Source: Candidatus Dormiibacterota bacterium
GTDB taxonomy: Bacteria > Chloroflexota > Dormibacteria > DASZGP01
Direction of reading: 5' to 3'
Assembly: GCA_035938265.1 (NCBI GenBank)
Contig: DASZHA010000040.1
Span: 1-61,204, forward strand
Length of the DNA stretch: 61,204 nt
Both the position numbers and the translations under genes were made by a program. The notes below the pieces were generated by a model. The model saw only the letters and a list, made by a program, of their open reading frames with translations, was not told where the DNA came from and searched no databases. This document shows positions 53,243 through 60,956 of this stretch, piece by piece; the first letter of the stretch is position 1, and each line of letters begins with the position of its first letter.

Positions 53243-54540
53243 CGCACGCCCTCAAGCTCCAGGCGCCGGGACAGGCGCGCTCCCGGCCGGTAGCCGGCCA
53301 CCGCCTCGAAGGTGGGGGCTTCGCGAGCACCGAGAGAGGCCTGGAACACCGGCCGAAAAAGGTAGGCGCCGCGGTCGTCAAGACCGTCCAGCTCGGTGAT
53401 GTCGGTAACCAGGCGAAGCCCGCTGCGGAGCCGTTGGACGTGGATCAGGATGCTGAAGACGCGGGCGATGTAGCCGCGGACCTCCCGGGTCCCGAGGCTG
53501 GGAAAGTCGCGCGTGACCAGCAGCTCAAGACGGGCCAGGGCATCGGCGCAGCCGCTGGCGTGGATCGTGGTCGCCGAGCCGTCGTGCCCGGTGTTGAGCG
53601 CCTCCAACGTGTGGTACGCCTCCTGGCTGTGGCGGATCTCGCCGACGATCAGCCGGTCGGGGCGCATCCGTAGGGCGTTCTGGACCAGGTCGGCGACGTC
53701 CAGCCGGCGCTCGCCGCTTCCCTGCTCCCCCAGGCTCTTGCTGTGGACGCACTCCAGCTTGACCCAATGGGGCGCATCAAGCTCCAGCTCGGCGGTGTCC
53801 TCGATGGTGACGACGCGGTCGTCGGCCGGGAAGGCGCCCACCAGGGACCGGAGGAGGGTGCTCTTGCCGGCGCCGGTGGCGCCGCTGATGAGGACGTTGG
53901 CGCCGCAGCGCGCCATCGCCACGATGAACTCGGCCATCGCCCGCGACATGCCCCCGGCGCGGACCCAGTCCTCTCGCCCGGGGGTGGCGGACGAGTCCCC
54001 GGGCAGCAGGTCGAGCTTGCGGTGGTTGAACTTGCGAATGCAGAGCGTGGGGCCGCCAACGGGGGCATAGATGGCGTTGGCCCGGCTGCCGTCGGTCATG
54101 CGTGCATCCACTAGCGGTTTCTCGACGCTGATCTCCCTGCCCACCACTGCGACGATCTTCTGGATCACCTGCTCCAGGTGGGCCTGGTCGCGGAAGCGGG
54201 TCGGCGTCGGCTGCAGCCTCCCACCGCGCTCGATGTAGACCTCGTCCCAGCGGTTGACCAGGACGTCACTGACGGTGTCGTCGTCCATGTACTTCTGCAG
54301 TGGACCGAGACCAACCAGGTCGTCCATCAGCCCCGATATCGTGGGGCCGTCGCGCTCCCAGCCGTTGGCGTCGAGGGCGGCCTCGACCTGGGCGCGGATG
54401 ATCAGGTCGCGATGTGGCTCGGCGGAGAAGGGGTCGGTGATGGCCGCGTCGAGGTGCGTCGCCAGGTGGGCGCGGACCTGGCGTCGCACCTCGGCGGCGT
54501 CGGGTCGAGGTGGCGTGGCGGAGGGCGCCGGCTCAGCCAA
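53230..54540 (-). CDS. cpaF: CpaF/TadA-family secretion ATPase
   Basis: [19 protein letters not shown] (Walker A), [25 protein letters not shown] (Walker B), [13 protein letters not shown]. Confidence 0.92.
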   Translation of the reverse strand: MAEPAPSATPPRPDAAEVRRQVRAHLATHLDAAITDPFSAEPHRDLIIRAQVEAALDANGWERDGPTISGLMDDLVGLGPLQKYMDDDTVSDVLVNRWDEVYIERGGRLQPTPTRFRDQAHLEQVIQKIVAVVGREISVEKPLVDARMTDGSRANAIYAPVGGPTLCIRKFNHRKLDLLPGDSSATPGREDWVRAGGMSRAMAEFIVAMARCGANVLISGATGAGKSTLLRSLVGAFPADDRVVTIEDTAELELDAPHWVKLECVHSKSLGEQGSGERRLDVADLVQNALRMRPDRLIVGEIRHSQEAYHTLEALNTGHDGSATTIHASGCADALARLELLVTRDFPSLGTREVRGYIARVFSILIHVQRLRSGLRLVTDITELDGLDDRGAYLFRPVFQASLGAREAPTFEAVAGYRPGARLSRRLELEGVRWIS

Positions 54541-56095
54541 GACGCTGGCGCAGGCGACGCCAAACCGAGGCGGTCCCGGCGCTGTCGACGAACCCGGGGT
54601 ATATCACCTGCGCCAGCTCGCGGATGTTATTTCGCGCTTCACCAGGGGAAAGCGCGGCGGGACGGTGCTCGTCCTCGGCGGAGAGGAAGGCGTCGTCCCG
54701 CGCCACTGACGCCGACAGCTCGCCGCCCAGGTCGGCCAGCATCTCGGTTGGGTCGAATGCGCCTCGGCGCTGGTTGAGGACAAACCGGAGCTTGGCCCGG
54801 TGGCCCATCCGGCGGACTGTCTCGACCCCCCGGTACGTGTCCTGCACCCCGCTCGCCGTCGGCGTCAGGACGTAGTAGACCTGGTGCACCGCCTCCAGCA
54901 CGTACGTCGTCAGCTCATTGACCTCGGTGCTCATGTCGATGAAGACGAAGTGGTACTGGTTTTCGTCGAGATGGCTCAGGACCTGGGCCAGCCGCTGCAT
55001 GCCCAGCGCGCGGCTCTCGGCGTTGGCTATCGCTCTTGGCGGACCGAGCAGCACCCGTAGGCCGCTCTCCTCGTGCTCCACCAGGCACTCGTTGATCCGC
55101 GAACGGTCGGGGCTGGGGTCCACGACGAGGTCCCAGATGGTGGGGTGGGTCAAGCCCAGTTTCATCGACACGTTGGCGGAGCCCATGTCGATGTCGAGCA
55201 GCGCGACGCGCAGGCGCTGTGGTGACGCGCCAACCGCCGCGCGGTGGCGGGCATCGCGCGCCAGCATCGCCGCCACCTCGCAAGCCAGGGTGGTCTTGCC
55301 GGCGCCGCCCTTGAGCGAGAAGAACGCGATGCGCTGCGTGGCGCCGATGAAAACCGGTGCCCCAACACCGGCAATCTCAGCCTCCCGTGCGGTTTCCTCG
55401 ACGTCACCAACCGCCGGGCCACGCCCGCCGGGAAGACTCAGAATGCGCGCACCGCCAACGTCGTGCCCACCGTCATGCGCGAGCTCTGAAACACGAGCGT
55501 CCGCGGCGTCATCTTCGTCGGCATCAATGTGCACACCGGCGGAATCGTTGTCGTCACCGGAAGCGTTGGACAGATCGCCGTCGGCGGCGAAAAAGTCGCG
55601 ATCGAGAGACGACGTGGTTGGCACGTCGACCGTAAGCAACTGACTCTCGGCCAGGCTGAGGCGTCGCCTGAGCAGCGGGTTGGCCCTCGCCGGCGCGGGC
55701 GCACGGTCTCCGGTCTGCACGAGGTCCGGCGCCTGCTGCAGGAGCACGGCCGGCGACGGCGTCGCCGGCTCGGGCACGCGGTCCTCGGTGCTGGAAGCGG
55801 GGGCTGGCGTCGCGGTTGCGGCCGGCGCGGACCGACGCCGGCGAACGTAGAAGCGGCCGCACAGCCACAGCCACGTGCCTAGAGATCGATGCGCCACTCG
55901 CCCCCAGGCGAGACCGGCTCCGACCCCCATCGTGAATACGCCAAGTGGGTATTTGATGAAGCCTGGTAGGTGACTGGTGAGAACCGCGTAGGCAGTCAGC
56001 GTGGCGATCACCAGGTACGCCAGGTGCTGGGCCGTCAGGCCCAGGGCGATCCGATCTTCGGCGTCCAGGCCCTGCGGCGCTCGTCTCCCTTCCAT
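54533..56095 (-). CDS. MinD/ParA-type ATPase (TadZ/CpaE/Ssd-like) fused to an N-terminal PrgI-like membrane domain
   Basis: N-terminal LDAEDRIALGLTAQHLAYLVIATLTAYAVL plus a second TM. About 200 aa of low-complexity linker. C-terminal IAFFSLKGGAGKTTLACEVAAMLA...VALLDIDMGSANV. Confidence 0.7.
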   Translation of the reverse strand: MEGRRAPQGLDAEDRIALGLTAQHLAYLVIATLTAYAVLTSHLPGFIKYPLGVFTMGVGAGLAWGRVAHRSLGTWLWLCGRFYVRRRRSAPAATATPAPASSTEDRVPEPATPSPAVLLQQAPDLVQTGDRAPAPARANPLLRRRLSLAESQLLTVDVPTTSSLDRDFFAADGDLSNASGDDNDSAGVHIDADEDDAADARVSELAHDGGHDVGGARILSLPGGRGPAVGDVEETAREAEIAGVGAPVFIGATQRIAFFSLKGGAGKTTLACEVAAMLARDARHRAAVGASPQRLRVALLDIDMGSANVSMKLGLTHPTIWDLVVDPSPDRSRINECLVEHEESGLRVLLGPPRAIANAESRALGMQRLAQVLSHLDENQYHFVFIDMSTEVNELTTYVLEAVHQVYYVLTPTASGVQDTYRGVETVRRMGHRAKLRFVLNQRRGAFDPTEMLADLGGELSASVARDDAFLSAEDEHRPAALSPGEARNNIRELAQVIYPGFVDSAGTASVWRRLRQRLG

Positions 56096-56240
56096 CTCTC
56101 TTCCCCCATGAGCTATCTACGGGGGGAGAGGTTCGGCGCGGCGGAGACGGTGGTCAGGACTGCGTCGTGCAGCGGAGAATAGCACAGCCGCCGAGGTCCC
56201 GGCACACGGCGACGGCATTTTGTGCTCGCCTACAACATGG

Positions 56241-56285
56241 TGTTACATTCCGGCTACGCATGCCGCTTAAACGTGTTGTGAAACA
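56241..56285 (+). promoter_or_regulatory. Conserved tripartite element TGTTACATT-N12-GCCGCT-N10-GTGAAACA (copy 2)
   Basis: Same blocks and offsets as 22941..22986. Lies in the 245-nt lower-GC divergent region between the tad operon and the basic-protein gene. Confidence 0.4.
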
Positions 56286-56340
56286 GAAAATGTCGTTATC
56301 CTGAGCGGCAATTAACCGGGCACTAATGGAGGATTAGTGA

Positions 56341-56739
56341 ATGTCGGAATCAGCAGCTGCGCCGAGCACGCCACCGCGTCCAGCGCGCAGACGTACCGCA
56401 TCGCGCCGCACCACGGCGAGAAGCTCGACGGCCAAAAAGACCACGACAGCACGGGCAACTCGTACGACCACCACTGGCGCGCGGCGAGGACGTCCAGTTG
56501 GTTCGCGCACACGTCGCACGGCTAACGCTAGTCCTGCCGTAGCGCTCACCAAGCGCGTGCAGGAGCTGGTCAAGGAAAACCAACAGCTACGCGAGCAGGT
56601 TCGCGAGCTGGAGAAGAACTGGAAGAAGCTGGAAAAGGCGCTTGGCGCCAACGTTCGTCGCGCCAAGAGGTCGGTGCGGCGTCGCGCCAGGTCGGTAACG
56701 CGCGCGGTCGACAAGGTGATCGACAGCGCCACCGCCTGA
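56341..56739 (+). CDS. Highly basic protein with AT-hook-like RGRP motif and C-terminal coiled coil
   Basis: The ATG is preceded by GGAGG with 8-nt spacing. The N-terminal 75 aa are R/T/A/S/K-rich and include GARRGRPVGS. Then VQELVKENQQLREQVRELEKNWKKLEKAL. Confidence 0.65.
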   Translation: MSESAAAPSTPPRPARRRTASRRTTARSSTAKKTTTARATRTTTTGARRGRPVGSRTRRTANASPAVALTKRVQELVKENQQLREQVRELEKNWKKLEKALGANVRRAKRSVRRRARSVTRAVDKVIDSATA

Positions 56740-56774
56740 TCGCCGCCAGCGACTGCATTTCGTATAGCGCCAGG

Positions 56775-56810
56775 GCCGGCCGGGGCTGAACCCGGCCGGC
56801 TCTTCCGTAT
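56775..56810 (+). terminator. Intrinsic-terminator-like hairpin
   Basis: Perfect 10-bp stem GCCGGCCGGG / CCCGGCCGGC with loop GCTGAA, followed by TCTTCCGTAT. Lies 36 nt after the stop of the basic-protein gene. Confidence 0.55.
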
Positions 56811-56856
56811 CACACGGAAAACCGTCCCCAAACCTTAACGGCTCCTCACATGGTTC

Positions 56857-56877
56857 TATAACGCACCGCGTTATAAT
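56857..56877 (+). promoter_or_regulatory. Perfect 8-bp inverted repeat TATAACGC-ACC-GCGTTATA overlapping a consensus TATAAT -10 box
   Basis: Arms at 56857-64 and 56868-75, TATAAT at 56872-77, ATG of the downstream gene at 56910 with a GGGGGAGGAG SD. An AT-rich palindrome in GC-rich DNA. Confidence 0.5.
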
Positions 56878-56909
56878 CTCAGAGGCCTCAGAAGGGGGAG
56901 GAGCCGAAT

Positions 56910-57452
56910 ATGAATGAAAGTGAAACCGCGACCCCACAGGACCCCCGACCAGGCAGCGAGCTGATGCTCGAGGTCTTCGATGCCATCTCTCGCCGCGACT
57001 GGGACCGTCTTCCGACGCTGACCAGGCCGGACATCGAAGTGGTGGTGCACGCAGGTCCAGAGGTCGAGATCGAGACCAACGCACACATCTGGCGCGCCGT
57101 CCATATCCGCGGCTACGAGGAGCTGCAAGCGTACCTGGGCGAGTTCTTCGAGGCGCTGCCATCGGTGAGCCTGATCGCCGAGACCGAGGATGTCGACGAC
57201 GACTGCGCCTGGCTCAGCACCGAGGCCTCCGGCGTCGACAACGAGGGCGAGCCCTTCGACGCGCGCGCCCTGATCGAGTTCTGCGAGATCGACGGCCGGG
57301 TGGCCAGCATTCGCGCCGACGTCCTCCACATCGTCCGGGGCCCGGCCCTCCTCACCGAGCCCGACGGCGACCCGCGGCGGTTCTTCCATCCCTTTCTCGA
57401 CGAGACCGCCGGCGTCTTCCCCGACATTCGCCGCAACCAGCCCGCCGCCTGA
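56910..57452 (+). CDS. SnoaL/NTF2-like fold protein
   Basis: 180 aa. LEVFDAISRRDWDRLPTLTRPDIEVV...FCEIDGRVASIRA is typical of the SnoaL-like family. Strong SD. Confidence 0.6.
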   Translation: MNESETATPQDPRPGSELMLEVFDAISRRDWDRLPTLTRPDIEVVVHAGPEVEIETNAHIWRAVHIRGYEELQAYLGEFFEALPSVSLIAETEDVDDDCAWLSTEASGVDNEGEPFDARALIEFCEIDGRVASIRADVLHIVRGPALLTEPDGDPRRFFHPFLDETAGVFPDIRRNQPAA

Positions 57453-57470
57453 CGCAACGCCACGGAGCCA

Positions 57471-58076
57471 GTGGGCTCGACGCATTCGGGCGGGCCACCG
57501 GACTCTGCTCGTCCGAATGACGGGGTAGACTCGGACAGCTTGAACTCCGACGTCCTTCCACTCTTCGCAGCACCGACCGCAGACCGAGTCGTCGTCATCC
57601 GCAGTCCGCGGCGGCGACGCACCATCAGCGCCCAGCGGCGCAACGGCGTCATCGAGATCCGGCTGCCCATGGGCATGAGCCTCGAAGAAGAGCAGCGTTG
57701 GATCGGGCGCATGGCCCTGCGCCTCGACCGGCGCAAGGCGCGCACCGGCGACGCCGAGCTCGACCAGAGGGCCCGGCGCCTGGCCGACCGCTACTTCGGC
57801 GGCGACCTCGTGCCCGAGTCGATTCGCTGGTCGGACAACATGACCACCCGCTGGGGCAGCTGCACCATCGACAGCGGCGCCGTCCGGCTCAGTTCGCGGA
57901 TGCGCGATTTCCCGGCGTGGGTGATCGACTATGTGATCGTCCACGAGATGGCGCACCTGCGGTACCGCGGCCATGGCCCCCGCTTCTGGTCCCTGGTCAA
58001 TCGTTACCTGCTGACCGAGCGGGCCCGAGGCTTTCTCATCGCCAAGGGTGGCGAGCCCGACGGCGAGCCGGAATGA
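57471..58076 (+). CDS. YgjP/DUF45-type (M48-like) metal-dependent hydrolase
   Basis: RWGSCTIDSGAVRLSSRM...VIDYVIVHEMAHLRYRGHGPRFWSLV (HExxH). Confidence 0.8.
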   Translation: MGSTHSGGPPDSARPNDGVDSDSLNSDVLPLFAAPTADRVVVIRSPRRRRTISAQRRNGVIEIRLPMGMSLEEEQRWIGRMALRLDRRKARTGDAELDQRARRLADRYFGGDLVPESIRWSDNMTTRWGSCTIDSGAVRLSSRMRDFPAWVIDYVIVHEMAHLRYRGHGPRFWSLVNRYLLTERARGFLIAKGGEPDGEPE

Positions 58077-58112
58077 CGGCAACGCCGGAATGACGGCAAA
58101 GCCGGACTGACG
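58067..58112 (+). repeat. 17-nt tandem repeat, about 2.7 copies (GCCGGAATGACGGCAAN)
   Basis: GCCGGAATGACGGCAAC (58067-83), GCCGGAATGACGGCAAA (58084-100), GCCGGACTGACG (58101-12). Spans the stop of the DUF45 gene and ends at the GTG start of the next gene. Confidence 0.85.
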
Positions 58113-58834
58113 TGAGCCGCGCGCCGATCATCGGGATCACGTGCGGCAAGACCAACGCCGCCGACAAGCCCGACCGCGTCGGCGTCAGCCCGGAATACAC
58201 GCGCGCGCTCGAGGCTGCCGGGGCGCTGTGTGTCCTCCTCCCTCCAGGAGACGATCGTCCCGCCGCCATCAACGCCGTCCTCGAGCGGCTCGACGGCCTC
58301 CTGGTCCCCGGCGGTGCCGATGTCGATCCCTCGTTCTACGATGAGGAGAGGCTTCCCGAGGTGGCCCGAACCGACCCCGTGCGCGACAACTTTGAGCTCA
58401 AGGTCATCCGCGCGGCGGTGGAGCGCGGCATGCCCATCCTGGGCATATGCCGGGGCCAGCAGGCGATCAACGTCGCCCTGGGCGGGACCCTCTACCAGGA
58501 CCTCGACGCCCAGGGCGCGGCACGCGCTCGGCACCAGTCGGAACACGGGCCTCAACTGGACAGGCTGGTCCACAGTGTCGAGATCGAGCCCGGCTCCCGT
58601 TTCAGCCGCGCCGCTGGGACACGGGTCAGGGTCAACAGCCGCCACCACCAGGCGGTCAAAGAGGTGGCCCCCGGCCTCCATGTCACGGCAACCGGCCCGG
58701 ACGGTGTGATCGAGGGCCTTGAGACCGACGACGGCCGGGTGGTGGCGGTGCAGTGCCACCCGGAAGCCCGCCCCGACCTGGCCTGGGCCCGGCAACTGTT
58801 CCGCGACTTCGTCCTGGCCGCCAAGCGCGGCTGA
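58112..58834 (+). CDS. Class I glutamine amidotransferase-like, gamma-glutamyl-GABA hydrolase (PuuD/peptidase C26) family
   Basis: PIIGITCG...GGADVDPSFY...MPILGICRGQQAINVALGGTLYQDL...HHQAV...VVAVQCHPE. Confidence 0.85.
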   Translation: MSRAPIIGITCGKTNAADKPDRVGVSPEYTRALEAAGALCVLLPPGDDRPAAINAVLERLDGLLVPGGADVDPSFYDEERLPEVARTDPVRDNFELKVIRAAVERGMPILGICRGQQAINVALGGTLYQDLDAQGAARARHQSEHGPQLDRLVHSVEIEPGSRFSRAAGTRVRVNSRHHQAVKEVAPGLHVTATGPDGVIEGLETDDGRVVAVQCHPEARPDLAWARQLFRDFVLAAKRG

Positions 58835-58849
58835 CGCGCGGAGGGCCGG

Positions 58850-59380
58850 CTAGGTCGTCGGCACCTGCCGCGGCCCGCGGGCCTTCAGCCCCACGTCCTC
58901 GGCGCTGCGGCCGAAGATGTGCTGGACCGGCCAGCCCATGATGCCGGCGTAGGTCTCCACCTGGGAGCGGTGATGGACCTCGTGCTCGGTCATCATCATG
59001 AGCAGGCGCCATGCCGAGAACGACAGCCCGGGCGTGTCCAGCGAGGGCACCCGGCGGCTGAGCCAATCGCTGGGGGTGCCCGACAGCTTCTCTTTGAAGC
59101 GTTCGGCGGAGAGGTTGAGCGCCACCAGCCATTCGTCCCGCGTACGCGTCGGGGTGTCCCACGGTGTGGCGATCCACTCGCCCTGGACATAGGCATCGGC
59201 GAAATACATGCGCGACGCCGCCATGTGGCCGACTATCTCGCCGATGTCCCAGGCGTTCTCCCCCTCACCCGCCGGTGGCCGCCATGTCTCCGCCTCAGCT
59301 GGCAGGGATCCGATGTCCCGAACGGCGCGCCGGCTGAGCCCATCAAAGAACTTCAGGAACGCGCCCATGTCGGTTATCAC
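58850..59380 (-). CDS. DinB-family (DinB_2/YfiT-like) four-helix-bundle protein
   Basis: IGEIVGHMAASRMYF...LLMMMTEHEVHHRSQVETY (His triad pattern). Confidence 0.75.
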   Translation of the reverse strand: MITDMGAFLKFFDGLSRRAVRDIGSLPAEAETWRPPAGEGENAWDIGEIVGHMAASRMYFADAYVQGEWIATPWDTPTRTRDEWLVALNLSAERFKEKLSGTPSDWLSRRVPSLDTPGLSFSAWRLLMMMTEHEVHHRSQVETYAGIMGWPVQHIFGRSAEDVGLKARGPRQVPTT

Positions 59381-59420
59381 GCAGGGATCCTACCCGGCGT
59401 ATGTGGCAAGCTGACGCGTT

Positions 59421-60956
59421 GTGAGCGAATGGAGGGCAGCGACCGACGAGCCGGTACGCGGAACCATGCTTCCCGCCTGGCTGCCCAGCCTGCCTGGCCC
59501 TGAACGCGTCCGCGTCATGGGTTCCGGGCAGATCCCCCCGCCCCCCTTTGCCCGCCTCACCGGGATGCGCATCGGCCACGTCAGCCCCGGCACGGTGATA
59601 GGCACGATGCCGTCCAGCGCCAACTTCATCGCCCTGCCCGCGATGGACATCAGCCCCGTCGTCCTGGGAGCCCTCCGTTTCGTGGCCACAACCGCCATCC
59701 CGGCCGGGTTCGACGTTGAACCGCTGACCGTGTCGATCCACTTCTTCAGGTTCGGCCGGGCCCGGCCCGGGAACCTGCTGGCGAGGGCGCGGACGCTCAA
59801 CGCCACCAGCCTGTTCGTGAGTGCCGATGTGGAGGTGGAGGACCCCGAGGGTCGCCAGCTTGGGCATGCGGTTAGCCAGTGGGCGGTCAAGCCTGTGGAG
59901 CCCCCGCCGCCGGCGGCACCCGATGAGATCGAACCTATCGAGCTTCCAACCTACGCGACACCCGACCCGGCGGATCGCCCCGCCGGCAACCATGCCATCA
60001 CGCCTGAGCTGATGGCCGAGAAGACAGGCTTGGAGGCCGCGGAGATGCTGGTCAGGGGCGAGCTTCCGCCGCTCCCGATACAGCGCCTGTTCGGCTCCCG
60101 CTGGCTCGACCTGCGCGACGGAGAGCTGAGCATGTCAATGCCCGCGAGCCCCTGGTTCGTGGCCGGCTCCAACAACGTGACCGAGGGGGCGATGACCAGC
60201 ATGTTGGGCCAGATCCAATGCATCCGGCTGCTCGCCGAGTTGGGGAAGCGGCAGTCTGCCGCGGCGCTGGAAGCAAACTTTCGGTTCTTTGGCCGCGTCC
60301 CCGCCGACGGCCGCCCTCTGACTGCCCGTGCCCGGGTGAGCAACAGCTCAGGGAACATCCGCTACATCGACGCCGAGATCACTGACGCTGACGGCCGGAC
60401 GGTGGCCGTCACCCAGGGATCAGCCTGGGGAATCATCGATCGGCCTGACCGCCGGCGGGTTGAGCCGCAGCGGGTGCTGGCCACACTTGTGTTCACCGAC
60501 ATCGTCGGCTCGACCAACCGCGCCCAGGCCCTTGGGGATGACGCCTGGCGGACACTTCTGGGCGAGCACAACGCGCTGGTGCGGCGAGAGCTGACCGCCC
60601 ACCGCGGTCGCGAGATCAAGGCGATGGGCGATGGGTTCCTCCTGCAGTTCGAGTCACCAGCCGCGGCCGTCCGGTTCGCCCGGTCTACCCGCGACGGCGT
60701 CCGTCACCTCAACCTCGACGTGCGGGCCAGCGTTCACACCGGGGAGTGCGAGGTCCAGGGCGCTGACCTCGCCGGTATCACGGTCCACGTCGCCTCCCGG
60801 ATCATGGACGAGGCGGCGCCGGGCGAGATACTGGTCTCGCAGGTCGTGAAGGACCTGTCCTCGGGTTCAGGCCTTCGCTTTGCGGACCGGGGAACCCACG
60901 CCCTCAAGGGCGTCGAAGGAGAGTGGCAGCTCTACGCCGTTGACCGCGCCCCCTAG
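59421..60956 (+). CDS. Class III adenylate/guanylate cyclase with two N-terminal PaaI-like hotdog domains
   Basis: C-terminal LATLVFTDIVGSTNRAQALGDDAW...IKAMGDGFLLQFESP...VRASVHTGECEV...GITVHVASRIMDEAAPGEILVS. Two hotdog-like units: PFARLTGMRIGHVSPGTVIG...ARARTLNATSLFVSADVEVED, and IQRLFGSRWLDLRDGELSMS...ARVSNSSGNIRYIDAEITDADG. The start could be ATG 59466 or 59517. Confidence 0.8.
   Translation: MSEWRAATDEPVRGTMLPAWLPSLPGPERVRVMGSGQIPPPPFARLTGMRIGHVSPGTVIGTMPSSANFIALPAMDISPVVLGALRFVATTAIPAGFDVEPLTVSIHFFRFGRARPGNLLARARTLNATSLFVSADVEVEDPEGRQLGHAVSQWAVKPVEPPPPAAPDEIEPIELPTYATPDPADRPAGNHAITPELMAEKTGLEAAEMLVRGELPPLPIQRLFGSRWLDLRDGELSMSMPASPWFVAGSNNVTEGAMTSMLGQIQCIRLLAELGKRQSAAALEANFRFFGRVPADGRPLTARARVSNSSGNIRYIDAEITDADGRTVAVTQGSAWGIIDRPDRRRVEPQRVLATLVFTDIVGSTNRAQALGDDAWRTLLGEHNALVRRELTAHRGREIKAMGDGFLLQFESPAAAVRFARSTRDGVRHLNLDVRASVHTGECEVQGADLAGITVHVASRIMDEAAPGEILVSQVVKDLSSGSGLRFADRGTHALKGVEGEWQLYAVDRAP

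Noticed and set aside
56871-58082. 403-aa minus-strand ORF
   Set aside because: It is antisense to two plus-strand genes with good SD sites and recognisable motifs (SnoaL-like, and HEMAH of DUF45).
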